Origin: Eledone cirrhosa
Taxonomy: Eukaryota
Reading direction: 5' to 3'
NCBI GenBank assembly: GCA_964016885.1
Contig: OZ024741.1
Span: 279,000,001-279,064,000 of the forward strand
DNA: 64,000 nucleotides
Shown here piece by piece: positions 1 through 14,329 of this stretch. Position 1 is the first letter of the stretch; every line of letters starts with the position of its first letter. A program made the translations under genes and the position numbers. The notes beneath the pieces are model-generated. The model saw only the letters and a list, made by a program, of their open reading frames with translations, was not told the DNA's origin and made no database searches.

Positions 1-816
<816 letters not shown>

Positions 817-872
817 TTATATATATATATATATTATATATATATATATATTATATATATATTATATATATA

Positions 873-940
<68 letters not shown>

Positions 941-1037
941 GAGAGAGAGAGGGGGAGAAAGAGTTCGCATTTGGTTGTCGAAACTGCCGGAGCTTAGCTG
1001 TCGGGGCCCTGAATCTTTTCATAGATAGATAGATATA

Positions 1038-1347
<310 letters not shown>

Positions 1348-1802
1348 CGTGAGAGTGAGGGAGAGAGGGAGAGAAATACACATCCTAACAGTAGTACTAT
1401 AGTCTGATTCAAAATAGAAACGTATATACTAGCTGGTCTAGCCTGCGCTACATGCAAATAAGCATATCCCAAAATGTATTATTTACAAAACCTTAAGTCA
1501 CGACTACTTGAAAAATTAATCTGAACTTTCCTACTCTTTCGAGTTAATCATTAATAAAATTGAAAAATAAAACAGAATTCTGATTTGATAACTTTTTTCC
1601 AAATCCTTCAAGTTTTGAAACTTGATTCTGTTAGATCGAGTACCGAGCTTTAGTATTCGATCATCAGAAAATATATGCATTTTAAACAAACCTGGTGAAA
1701 CCCATCCCTTCCCCAGGTCTGAACACAACCGATTTTCTTTTTGCAGAGAAGGATATAAGGTGAGAGAGAAGAAGCGAAAAAGAAATATAGAGGAAGAATC
1801 GA

Positions 1803-1960
1803 TACCAGTACTAGAACTGGTACATCTTTTTTATCGACCTCGAAAGGGTGAAAGGCAGAGTTAACCTCGGTAGGTTTTGAACTCAGAGTGCACAAAGAGT
1901 CTGAACGAATACCGCAACACATTCTATCTGATGCTCTAACGGCTCAGCCAATTCGTTGCC
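1803..1960 (-). mobile_element. tRNA-derived SINE (abundant family, core gcctttcatcc..ggggtcgataaaataaagtaccag)
   Basis: Reverse complement of the B-box gagttcaaa and the conserved core seen in more than 20 copies in the window. Confidence 0.75.
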
Positions 1961-2614
1961 TATAGTGGAATATATAAAAACATAAAAATAGAATATTTGA
2001 AATGAACAACACAGAACACACACCCACACAGACACACGTATATACGGATACATACACATACACACGTGTAAACACTGCTCTTTTTATATGATGGAAAGGA
2101 ATATCTTTTAGGGGTGTTGTTTATTCCAGGGTTAATCAAAATTAGGCAAATCTATGATCGCATATGTGATCCAGCCGTGGCTATCTCGTAGACAATGTAC
2201 TATCTCATAGGCAATATACTAGATGCCAGGTGCCCATGCCCATTCTACATTTTATACAAAACCACAAACTATTACATGGCTGTGAGTTAAGAAACAGGTG
2301 GAGTATTTTATTTGTTTGTTTGTTATGGGGTTGTTGTTTTTTCGTACGAGGAAAAATATTCAGGTGTCGCAGACTTAGAGTATGTCTACTACCTGTAAAG
2401 AAACACAACAGCCGTGGAATATGTAATGACAGCAACCCTTGTTTCGATGGCAGTCACTTCAGATCAGACGTTTTAATTTAGTCAGCCATACTTTTAGCTA
2501 CGGCACGACTATCAAGCCGTAGTATATCATCACTAGTGGAGGATTTTCACATTGTGTTCGTTACTTCGTATATTCTAAAAATGTCCCCCTCGATCACAAA
2601 TAACCATGAGGTTT

Positions 2615-2805
2615 GCACATAGAAAGTTTCCCTTCCGAGGCACAAGTCCGGGCAAGGTTGTTTGTGGAAGACCAGCAATCGCTCGTGCATACCAGTCTCT
2701 CCTCTCCACGGCACTAATGTTGTCTAAGGGAAAGGCAATGACCGATACAGCTTGGCTCCAGTGACGTCGCAATTTATTTCTACAGTTGAGTAAACTGGAG
2801 CATCG
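2615..2805 (-). mobile_element. SINE fragment with CORE-like central domain
   Basis: Minus strand tgctccagtttactcaactgtagaaat resembles the central domain of the SINE at 30764-31049. Confidence 0.55.
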
Positions 2806-3051
2806 TATATTAGCATCATGCATATAGATATATTGATTTTCTGAACAGCAAAGCCTTTAGACGAAAGATGACTGAGTTATTCAGCTCTTACAATCCTTTA
2901 ACCCCAGATGGTATAATATAGTGAGGCAGTTGTTCCGTTTTAAGGAATGTACCAACGCAGCAAAGTAGTTTTGATTCCCAAAACCTATTTGGTATGTAGG
3001 CTTAACCTATCAGGAACAGTTCCTCCGACGGTCTATATTCATATATATATA

Positions 3052-3167
<116 letters not shown>

Positions 3168-3689
3168 ATATATATTTAGGAGTGTAAACCTGTCTTGATT
3201 TCTATTAATGTCTGAGCGATGTTAATCGAAATGAATTACAAGGATAGGGTGATGGAAATAAAACCAGTGATGAGTACTGGGAAGAAAAAATGAAATGAGA
3301 TGTCTGGTCATGTGTTGACGAAGGATGAAGGATGAAGAAAGACATGGCAAAAGATGATGGAGAAGAAATGAAAGCAAGATATCGATGACATCGTTTCAAT
3401 AACTAACATTGATATTTTTAGGATCTGCCATGAGAACCTCTTAACTAAGACCCATGGGTATGATCTACACCCATTATTCATTTGTTAGAAAAACTCTTCC
3501 CGCCAAACATTACCATTGTAGCGTATACCAAACGAGTTCTCTCTGCTCTGATCTACTTTATATCAACTCTGGTACAATATATTGTAAATACTGTGGTGAT
3601 GAGAAGGGCAGAAGTAAAGGGTATGAGTGAGATGGGAAGGAGAATTAGAGAGAGAAAGAGAGAGGTAGATAGATAAGAAGAGAGAGTGT

Positions 3690-3764
<75 letters not shown>

Positions 3765-3793
3765 AGAGAGAGAGAAAAGAAAGAAAGGGAATA

Positions 3794-3995
3794 TGAGAGT
3801 CGACTGAAAAGTTCATGGGCTGACCAAGATACCCTCATGGATTGACCAAATGAGGTTTATTTTTCAACATGAAAAGTCCCTGGAAAGAAATAATGCAGTT
3901 ATTAATAAGAAGAGTTGAAATTAATGCATGCAAGATTTCACCGCTCTAGCATCACTCCTTCATAGTCAGTCTATGTACTTTTCAGCCTACCCTCG
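3794..3995. mobile_element. Tc1/mariner-type MITE (same family as 1038-1244)
   Basis: TA-flanked TIRs tgagagtcgactgaaaagttcat...cttttcagcctaccctcg; internal similarity to 1038-1244. Confidence 0.75.
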
Positions 3996-4668
3996 TAAAG
4001 TGACGGATTAAAAGACAGAAAGTAGATAGAAAAATAGAGAGCATGAAAAGCAATAGTAGTACAGCGAGAAAGAGAGAGAAGGGAAAGAGAGGAGAGAGAG
4101 AAAGAGAGAGAGAGAGGGGAGGATTAGAAAAGGTGGCAAAAAAATTTGTAGAAATATCCAAAGAAAGTGCTAACAGATTTGTTTCTCTAGATTTGCAGGC
4201 GCAAAACTATCGATTTTCTCTTGGTTACCTCTGATCCTGTCAATTTCTCGTTATCCGCCATTTTGGATGGCAACACCTCGATTTCAGAGGATTCTAATGC
4301 AGTGACTGTCACGCCGAACACAATTACAGATACAGCATTTCTATAGCTCAGATCAAGTGGAATGCTTTACGAGCTACTGCATTTTCATGGTAGAGACCCA
4401 CGTGACAATATATACTAAAGAGGCGAGTATTTACACCTCTGATTAATACATTACATTATGCAGAACGGCTCTCACCATTGACCTTATAATTGAAACATAA
4501 AGAAAATGTTGCATTTATAGAAAATGGCCAATTAGTGTTCGACAACCATTATCAAGTCTATGATAGATGTTAATAGTGTTGATTAATGGCTGGTTCAGTA
4601 TAACTATCTGCAGAAAACCCTCTCAGTACAGAATGTCAACACTTACAAGTGGTTTCGATTTAGAGAGA

Positions 4669-4732
4669 CTCTTCTTCTTCTTCTTCTTCTTCTTCTTCTT
4701 CTTCTTCTTCTTCTTCTTCTTCTTCTTCTTCT

Positions 4733-4778
<46 letters not shown>

Positions 4779-5070
4779 TCTCTTCTTCTTCTTCTTCTTC
4801 TTCTTCTTCTTCTTCTTCTTCTTCTTCTTCTTCTTCTTCTTCTTCTTCTTCTTCTTCTTCTTCGTCGTCGTCGTTTTCTTCTTCTTCTTCTTCTTCTTCT
4901 TCTTCTTCTTCTTCTTCTTCTTCTTCTTCTTCTTCTTCTTCTTCTTCTTCTTCTTCTTCTTCTTCTTCTTCTTCTTCTTCTTCTTCTTCGCCCACTTATT
5001 CCTGGGAGGTTCATGGGGACAGAGTCCTCAAACACACCTTCCAGAGAGTCTTCTCAGAAGCAACCGTCTC
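4669..5070 (-). mobile_element. RTE LINE 3' end with expanded (GAA)n/(GAC)n tail
   Basis: 4990-5070 matches 63341-63420, the 3' end of the RTE fragment; about 320 bp of (TTC)n interrupted by (GTC)n. Confidence 0.8.
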
Positions 5071-5454
5071 TAAAATAAAGTACCAGTCAAGTACTGAGGT
5101 TGATATAATTAATTTTGTCTTACCTCCCAAATTTTCTGGCCTTGTGTCTAAGTTAGAAATCAATTTATACCGTCAAAAAACCCCAAAAGACAGCGAAAGC
5201 TACTTGCGGATTATTGAATTATCCTTCAACTATCGGAATGCTTTCATCATTTGCTTGTTCAATTAGGGATATTAAGTACAACTTGATAAATAGGGACTAG
5301 AGGCTTCTACAGTATGTCTCAGTAGTAATGGGTCTAGAAAAGGGAAAGATAGAAAGTAAATAAGAGTTTAAGAGACGAGACTGTGGAAAAAGGAGAAGTA
5401 ATAGTTCGAAAGACATTGCGTGGTCAATTTGAATGACACTTTATTTTAGAGACT

Positions 5455-5539
5455 GTTGCTTCTGAGAAGACCTACTGGAAGGTGTGTTTGAGGACTCTGT
5501 CCCCATACACCTCCCCGAAAAAGAAGAAGAAGAAGAAGA
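5455..5539 (+). mobile_element. RTE LINE 3' end with short (GAA)n tail
   Basis: ttgcttctgagaaga..ctggaaggtgtgtttgaggactctgtcccca followed by (gaa)n; homologous to 4990-5070. Confidence 0.7.
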
Positions 5540-5968
5540 TTCTCCCTCAATCGAAAGTCTTGGGGTTGACTCTCCAGCAGTGATTCTAAAAAGGGAAACT
5601 GATGCACTAGGCCAAGCTTTGAGTATTAAGTCAGTAACTAAAGTGATATATCTAGGCGAAAGCGTAAAGTATTGTCTGTGTGGAATTAATATAGAGAGTG
5701 TCTCCCACAGATAGTGCGTGTAAAATACTAGTGAAATGGCTGAAAAGAAGTGGGGGAAAATAGCAAAATACAAAGGTAAAACTGACAATAATAATTAAGG
5801 CATTAAAGATGCTAAGAAAAAAGATGAACAAAAACATAGAAACCATACCAGGGTACACCCCACTACACACTGTCCCCCAAAATATTGGTTGAAAAGAAAT
5901 ATCTTAAAATTTAAATATACAATACCTGGGGCATGAAGATCAAAACAGTACCTATGATAATTGGAGTG

Positions 5969-6052
<84 letters not shown>

Positions 6053-6065
6053 CACTCCAATTATA

Positions 6066-6400
6066 TATAAAATAACAGGAGGCTGGACTGGTGTAATTCC
6101 TTAAAGGTTTATTATACTATGAACATTTCAATGACCGGGTTCAGTATGAATCCGGTGACATCATCAGGTATTCGAAATTTAACAAAGGAATATAATAGAC
6201 ACAATCCATGGGGCTGCTAAATGTTTGGCCGCCTTCTTGTCTCTCTGCCTTTTCAGCCCCATGGATCGTGTCTATTATACTCCTTTGTTAAATTTCGAAT
6301 ACCTGATGATGTCACCGGATTCATACTGAACCCGGTCATTGAAATGTTCATAGTATAATAAACCTTTAAGGAATTACACCAGTCCTGTTATTTTATAATA
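6066..6400. mobile_element. Hammerhead-bearing inverted pair (about 130-bp arms) between (TA)n-rich flanks
   Basis: 6085-6216 is a near-perfect reverse complement of 6254-6385; a related element lies at about 54495-54610. Confidence 0.8.
6299..6356 (+). ncRNA. Type I hammerhead ribozyme (canonical CUGAUGA core); mirror copy at 6114-6171 on minus
   Basis: atac-CTGATGA-t[gtcaccggattcatactgaacccggtcat]t-GAAA-tg-tt-ca-TA-gtat; stem I atac/gtat, AUA triplet. Confidence 0.72.
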
Positions 6401-6540
6401 ATTAACTCCGTACTCGCACCACCAACAACACAAACGAAGACGGGTGAGTTGCATTACGTCGAGTGCTCTCCCTATTATTACATTGACTATATGGAATGAC
6501 CAGTTCTATCCAGTGATGAACGAACAAACCTAAATGAATA

Positions 6541-6606
<66 letters not shown>

Positions 6607-7356
6607 ATGTATATGTATATATATATTATTGGGTACAATATACATATATATGCGTGTGTATATATATATATCACGAAAGATCGACTTTCGTCAAATCGAG
6701 CCGAGGAAACAATGTTTCCATTGGTCTTTCCAGTTGCTAGTACTATCTATCGGTCGCAACTCCAGGTAGAAGGACCAATATATATATATACATGCATATT
6801 CTAAGCGTGATATTAATAAGATTGTTTTTTTGCATCATCTCTGTCTTGTCATTTCTTGAACTATGTAAATTTGTGTGTTGGTGACTGGTTAAGGAATTGC
6901 TTATAAAAGTGAACATTACATTATGGTCACTACAATATATTGAATTTACTTTGATGTAATTTGTTTTCTCGCTTGAATCTCGTAATAACACATAACACGT
7001 AATGGCTTAATGTCAGCAGAATACTAAGACTATCTATTGATAATCTGATTAATGCCTGTTTGGTGCGGCGGTGGAGATGAGCTTTACGAATTACAGGTAC
7101 GTTATAGGCGCATGCGTGGCTGTATAGTTAAGAAGTTCTCTTCATGGAATCTGCAGAAGCCCGTCATGTGTGTGTGTGTATGTCTCTGTGTGTCTTCGTG
7201 TGTCTGTGTGTGTCTGTGTGCGTGAACTTGTGTGCGCGAACGCGTGTGCGTGAACGTGTGTACGTATGTGTCTGCGTCTTACTATGCTTATGTTTGGGTC
7301 TGTAGATGTGTTTAGATCTCGGTACGTAGCGGTTCGGCTGAAAGATCGATAAAATA

Positions 7357-7528
7357 CTGTATTTCCCGGCGTCGAAGACGCTATTTTTTTCCTAAAATAA
7401 GTCTTTAAAAATCTACCATGCGTCCTGGAGGCCGAAAGTATTTATTTCTTTTTTTTTTTCAAATTTTTGGTTGTCAAAATTAGGGTGCCTCCTCGAAGAC
7501 GAAGCGTCTTCGGCGCCGGGAAATACGG
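7357..7528. mobile_element. pogo/Tigger-like MITE inserted into a SINE
   Basis: TIRs ctgtatttcccggcgtcgaagacgc / gcgtcttcggcgccgggaaatacgg with TA duplication splitting ...gataaaaTA|agtaccag. Confidence 0.85.
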
Positions 7529-7954
7529 TAAGTACCAGACTTGTAAAATAAATATATGCAGCTTGGGTCGTTATGATTGAAACCAGAATGGTGTCTTAAG
7601 TAACGAAGTAACGAATACGCAGAAAGAGTTAGCAACAAGCTGGGAGTATCAGTGGGAAAGCATCACTTGCTGTGTAGTTAGTTACTATGGTGATATCTCT
7701 CTTATAAAAGAATAATATATTAATGTCGGGGAAACTGAGATTGAGAAGGAAAGGAGTAGATGCTATGAGAACGCACACCCCACCCACCCCACCTCCACAT
7801 CACCCCTGAAAAGTGAAATGTCCTTAAAAGCCATAGCCATGATTACCCACACATCCACCCCACTCCACCTCACACACTTCAATCACTGGTTCGACGAAAA
7901 TTGTGTAAACTAATAAAAATTCCATTTCAACATTACATGTAGCTTATATATTGA

Positions 7955-8380
7955 TTCTAATTTAGGGGCAAGGCTAGGAAATTTGGAGGAAAGAGTAAAG
8001 AACAAGGTTGATTAAATCCACCCCAGTACTTAACTGGTACTTTATTTTATCGAGCCCAAAAGGATGAAAAGCAAAGAATGTAAAAAGCCAGAAGAAATAC
8101 TGCAATGGTGTTTTATCCAACGGTCTTCCAAATCTGCCAATTCGCCATTCCTGTAGTTTTATATAATAAATATTATTCTATATAGAGATTTTTTTTTCTT
8201 TCGGTTTTACTAAAGAGTATTTAGGCGGCGAATTGGCAGAGTCGAATGTCGGATAGAATACTTTGTGGTATTCATATCGGCTTTCTGCTCTCTGAGTTCA
8301 AATCCCGTCGAGGTCAACTTTTCCTTTCATCCATTCCATGTCGATAAAAAACAGTAGTAGTCTAGTACTGGGGCCGATTC
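7955..8380. mobile_element. Two divergent tRNA-SINE copies (about 7955-8150 minus, 8223-8380 plus)
   Basis: ggcggcgaattggcag head, gagttcaaatccc B-box, gtcgataaaa core. Confidence 0.7.
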
Positions 8381-8607
8381 TTCTTCTATATCTCTTTCCC
8401 ACTTCCATTTTCTCACTCTCTATCCTTCTCTGGAAAAAATATGCTGTACTCAGGCCTGGAGAGGTGACGGGCTCCGCCATATTTTAAAAGACCCTAGAAA
8501 CGCCGCATGTCAATATGGCGCCCCTACAACTCCCTCAGGAGTTACGAGACCACGCCTGCAAAGAGTAATTATTTATGATAATGTGTTTACATTTATATAT
8601 ATATATA

Positions 8608-8817
8608 TAACGAAGGAAATGTGGTAAGGAACCAGATGGACGATAACGCACCAAAGTACTCAATACTTAGTGTAGTAGAGTGGGTAATAGGAACGAGTAG
8701 GACCCCGACGGCTGAGCTCAAGCCGTTTCGACGGCTAATTCTGGACTAAAAATTAGCCGTCCAGAATTAGCCTTCGAAACGGCTTGAGCTCAGCCGTCGG
8801 GGTCCTACTCGTTCCTA
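8608..8817. mobile_element. Family B Penelope-type tail, inverted pair in (TA)n
   Basis: Arms carry GAAAC-ggct-tgagctc-agcc-GTC (3' half of a hammerhead); the same family recurs at 32470-32656, 33810-33990, 42888-42980 and 55713-55916. Confidence 0.75.
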
Positions 8818-9041
8818 TATATATATATATATATATTAGAAAGTGATGTTTTTTTTGCAAAATGAAAAATAACCGAGGTGTCCTACACGAGTGAAAGTAT
8901 AAAGAAAAAAAGATGAAATCGAAAATGCAACTGGAGTCTTATTTTTTTTAAAATATATATATTTATTTGGTTCCTTTACCGGTTTCGCAGTTCTTCTGCT
9001 TTTCAAAAGTAGAGTTGAGATGGAGGGTCTGTGGTTTTTCT

Positions 9042-9127
<86 letters not shown>

Positions 9128-9190
9128 CAATTGGAAAGACCAACGGAAACATAGTTTCCTCGGTCCGATTTGACGAAAGTCGATCGACTA

Positions 9191-9253
<63 letters not shown>

Positions 9254-9376
9254 CAGAAGGGATATTCAATTTGTTGGTAATTCAACAAATATAAAAGTTT
9301 ATAACTGATTCAGAGCACTCGACAAGTTTTCTGGAGTATTAAATAAATGGAAACTGTATTTATAAAACCATATTTA

Positions 9377-9433
9377 TTCTATTATATATATTTCAAGGGT
9401 ACCAAAACTTTGGTACGCTTTCATCAGATAAAA
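9377..9433 (-). ncRNA. Type I hammerhead ribozyme
   Basis: Minus strand ttttat-CTGATGA-aagcgtaccaaa-gt-tttggtaccctt-GAAA-tatata-TA-atagaa; long stem II, palindromic stem III; degenerate relative at about 48720-48783. Confidence 0.7.
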
Positions 9434-9882
9434 TACGAAGTGTGTTTTATAAATTTTGACATAACCATAACGGTTGACATTACCTTAACGGTTCAAATTT
9501 TCCTTGGATAGTGAAGGGATAAGAGAAGAAAAGTCAGATATTTCAAATTGTTAAGATGAGTATGCAAATGAGGTTGAGGTAAAAGGCTGAAAAAAACGTT
9601 ATTTTAGACGCTATGGAGAATTTAAATAATTATATGTGTTTGTATGCGTAGGAAAGAAGAAAAAGGAAGAAGAACTTGTATTTACGTTAATTTGGGGAAA
9701 AAAAGTGGAATATGATTCCAATATATATATATGACATGGTCAATCAATGATAAACATTGATTGCCAGATAAATTAACTTTAGAGATATAAAAGATACAGA
9801 AGAGAATACCAATCCAAACCAAACTAAATAGTGAGTGTGTTTTATTATTATTTCTGGCAATATTATAACAATATGACCCTCC

Positions 9883-9919
<37 letters not shown>

Positions 9920-10007
9920 TGTGTGGCTCTCTATACTAAATATGATGTTTGATATAGTTATATGTAGTTTTATATACTAAATATAATTTTAAATACAGTT
10001 ATATGTA

Positions 10008-10441
<434 letters not shown>

Positions 10442-10820
10442 TAGTTAAGTATTAAATATGATTTTATATAGAGACTATATAGAATATCTTCCATAATTTC
10501 CCTCACTAGTTTTGTATGACAACAACTATTGATGAAGTGTCGATAGAGCACAGATGAATTATATGTCGGTTACAATATAGTCCTGATGGATTGTTTAAAC
10601 TAGAATCGCCATGCTCCTGTTGTTGAACCAATGTTCTCCCACCTATGTATCTTTCTTTCTCACACATACACATTCCTCTCTCTTCTTCCCTTCCCCACTC
10701 TCCTCAATCTCTCTCCCTCACTCCCCCTCCTCTCTCTCTCTTACTATAACAAGCGTTAAATTTATATAAATCTTCATTGTACTCTATCGTTTTTCTTTGT
10801 TTATCTGTTTACTTTTGGCA

Positions 10821-10908
<88 letters not shown>

Positions 10909-10947
10909 GTATACACATATATATATATATATATATACATACACGCG

Positions 10948-10981
<34 letters not shown>

Positions 10982-10987
10982 ATGTAT

Positions 10988-11039
<52 letters not shown>

Positions 11040-11387
11040 GTATATATGTATATATATATATATCAGACTCTGTCTCTGTCTCGTTCACCCACTCATCCAC
11101 TATCTCTCTCTCTCTCAATCTCTCCCTCTCTCTTATGCTATTTTTTCACTGCCTCTATCTCTCGAGGTTCTTCATCTAAAATATATTTTCATATTCAGGC
11201 TCTGTTTATTTGTATGCTCTATTCAGTATTATTTTACTTATTTCTTTCCATTTTTAAACGATGCTATTAACTTCTTTTCTTTTGTTATATAGCAGACGAC
11301 CTATATTTTACCTAAGGTGACAGGCAAGGTATTACAAAGCCCACTGTGAATTTTCTTACAATTCAAAATAAAAAATAAGAGCTAAAA

Positions 11388-11439
11388 ATGAAGCTTCTAA
11401 CAGTTTTCGGATTTGTGTGTGGTTTGATGTTTGTGCAAG
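11388..11439 (+). CDS. Candidate first coding exon of a secreted protein (signal peptide MKLLTVFGFVCGLMFVQ-)
   Basis: aaaATG context, basic then hydrophobic peptide, consensus donor AAG|gtaagt at 11440 (phase 1), upstream pyrimidine-rich acceptor ending at about 11292; unique non-repeat sequence. Confidence 0.55.
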
Positions 11440-11575
11440 GTAAGTAACATTTAGGAATTAGATAAATTAACCTGCAGCCATTTTATTGCATTCGTTTTGT
11501 TCCTTTTAAGCTATATTTTCAGAGCATTCGGGAGAACACAATGGGAACGCGCCCAATATATTCATCCAGCAACAA

Positions 11576-11619
<44 letters not shown>

Positions 11620-11620
<1 letters not shown>

Positions 11621-12286
11621 AGTTGTAATAAAATGAAAACGAAATTTCATTTCTCACTCTTAGTACGGCACTTACTTAAATGTAAGTATGTATGTATACG
11701 TACATACATATATGTATACATACGTACAGTAGCATGCATATATATATATATACATACAGGTACACATACATATATGTACGTATCAGTTTAGCGGACGCTT
11801 ATTATAACGCCCGCTTTGTTCGTTTGTAAACAAACTGAACAGCCTGAATTTATGCCGTACGGTGTTAAGGCAACCACGTCACCTTTTTGTTCAACACTGA
11901 CACAGGAACGATGTACTAGTTTCAAGCTTGTTAGCTATCATCAGTACCGTATACCCTTCTGCTAGCTGGTTGAACGTTCGAAAGTATATACTTTCCTTAT
12001 GAAAATTAACGGCTGAGCAGCCTAATTTGCATATCGAGTGAGTTCGGTCAGGCGTACCGAGAACGATAAGTTGTAATAAAATGAAAACGAAATTTCATTT
12101 CTCACTCTTAGTACGGCACTTACTTAAATGTAAGTATGTATGTATACAAAGCGGGCGTTATAATAAGCGTCCGCTAAACTGATACGTACATATATGTATG
12201 TGTACCTGTATGTATATATATATATATATATATGCATGCTACTGTACGTCTGTATACATATATGTATGTACGTATACATACATACT

Positions 12287-12290
<4 letters not shown>
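11620..12290. mobile_element. Family D non-coding Penelope/retrozyme-like element (partial tandem plus inverted segment)
   Basis: 11620-11699 is directly repeated at 12068-12147; 12148-12290 is inverted relative to about 11680-11817; minus-strand CTGATGA-t-agc..gct-t-GAAAC at about 11910-11948; fragments at about 18500-18650 and 40180-40230. Confidence 0.7.
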
Positions 12291-12336
<46 letters not shown>

Positions 12337-12339
12337 TGT

Positions 12340-12537
12340 ATGTATAGTATATTTGATAATATACTGTATGTTTCATTTAAAACGTTTTGAAGACCGTTCG
12401 TTATGAATTTTAAAGTAGTGACTATGTCACTTATTTATTTTCGACAAAATGGTAAGTGACATAGTGGCTACTTTAAATTTCATAGCGAATGGTCTTCAAA
12501 ATGTTTTTAATTAAACATACAGTATATTATCAAATAG
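12340..12537. mobile_element. Family F inverted pair adjacent to (TA)n
   Basis: Arms about 12351-12435 and 12452-12536 are reverse complements with mismatches; the longer copy at 57115-57290 carries the hammerhead. Confidence 0.7.
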
Positions 12538-12730
12538 GGCGGTGGATTGGCAGTATCGGTAGAGGGTCGGACACCATGCTTTGCAGCACAGTTACGTCCC
12601 TTTACGGACTGAGTTCAAATCCCCCCGAGGTTAACTTTGCCTTTCATCCTTACGGGGTTGTTAAAATAAAGTACCAGTAATGTACTGGGATAATTTCTGG
12701 CCTTGTGCCAAAAGCAGAAACAATTATCAA
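12538..12730 (+). mobile_element. tRNA-derived SINE
   Basis: ggcggtggattggcag head, gagttcaaatccc, core and ggccttgtgcc..gaaacaattat tail. Confidence 0.8.
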
Positions 12731-12784
12731 ATATACTATACATACATTCATATATATACATCGCTATTTCAGAGTACCAATACC

Positions 12785-12844
<60 letters not shown>

Positions 12845-13489
12845 GTAGAATAATCGAGTATCGAAAAATCGGCGCACGAGTTCACGATAAACAAAATTCG
12901 ATATGAGCGGCAGAGGGCTCAATAATTCAGATAAATCAGAGCTATAACTATCGTTAAAATACCGTCACACATAGAACAAGTCTATAATCAACCGTACGAC
13001 CGAAAAATTGCGATCTGGAAGATTCGGCACATTCAGAAAAAATATCAATAAATCAATATGCATACATATTATTCTAAAGGCTGAGGAGAGAGTAGGACAC
13101 ATAAATACACCATAGGAAGACAAAGCAGAGAAACATACAAAGCCACACTCGCACACATATACACATGCCAAACACAAAAACAGGCGCACGCGCAAACGCA
13201 GACAGACGTACCACAGAAAGACAAGATGAAGTAAACAAAAAGAGAGCAGAAAGAGGAGGAGGCACAGAGGAAAACCATTAATAATTAAGGAGGTCACAGA
13301 ATGTGTGACTAAAAAACTTTGACGAACGAAACTAATAAATAACAATAAAGTTGAAGTGAAAATCGAGTAGTGTGTTTTTTTATTAGCAATTTTGGCAGTA
13401 TAACCTTCCACAAATATAACGATATCTGTTTCCACACACGATTTCAACCTCAAGAATCTTTCAAAACAAATATACATGCATACATACAT

Positions 13490-13935
13490 ACATGATGGCT
13501 GCAAACTCTGCAATCGCTTGTCACTTTTAGGGTATGGCCAGTCACACAAACCTGTAACAGACCCTGAACAAACAATGCCTCTGCTTTTAAAGTGGAAAAA
13601 GGCCTTGCACTTGACCAATCCCACTCTCTGAGCATCGAAAACACTACCTGGTCAACATCATCGGATGTTTCTGAAGTCGCAGGTTTTTGTTTTTTTTCCA
13701 GAGTTTCCCTCTCTTAGAAAGGTGTTGTGACAACAGCTGAGGGCCTTTCACTCCCAGGTTTAAAAAAAAAATTGTACTATTTGGATGGCCGTTGACTCTG
13801 CTGAGTTCCTCCGCCCTTTGACGGGTCTTGTAATTCATCCAAATATCACCCTCCTCAACAAACAAGCTTGATGGGGTTGCCGATCATGAGACAGGTTTTA
13901 CTGGGTTACATGTTACCAATAGCACTCGAGAGTGA
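13490..13935 (-). mobile_element. About 450-500 bp non-coding repeat, RTE 5'-UTR-like
   Basis: Clear homologue at 60464-60960 (+) and partial at about 57820-58175; the gagggaaactctg..aaacc motif recalls RTE 5' UTRs (inference). Confidence 0.55.
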
Positions 13936-13975
13936 CCTGGCATAACATACATACATAACATATATACATAATGTT

Positions 13976-14006
<31 letters not shown>

Positions 14007-14329
14007 GGGGGGAGGGGAGGAGGGGACAATTAGAAAAGGTGGCAAAAAAAATTTGTAGAAATGTCCAAAGAAAGTGCTGTGATCTTGAACACTGAAATAC
14101 TAGAATGCGATGCAGTCTCGGTTACACACTCTGTATATATATAGATATAACTTTATCGTACACTTTATCGTTTCATTTCCGGAAGAATTAAGCAAACGTT
14201 TTTCATAATCAATACATGATTGAACTCAGGATTCATGCAGGTTACTATTGATGACTAACTTCATGTCAATCTTGGTAGATTAGACTTTGATCGAAAACAT
14301 TCCAACATATGTTATGTTTATACCATTAC

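Noticed and set aside
4643-5035. Poly-Arg/poly-Glu ORFs
   Set aside because: Expanded (GAA)n LINE tail
6066-6400. Palindromes as pre-miRNAs or as assembly fold-back artefacts
   Set aside because: Arms are multi-copy element tails and differ by substitutions and indels, which argues for genuine inverted insertions; read-level confirmation is still advisable
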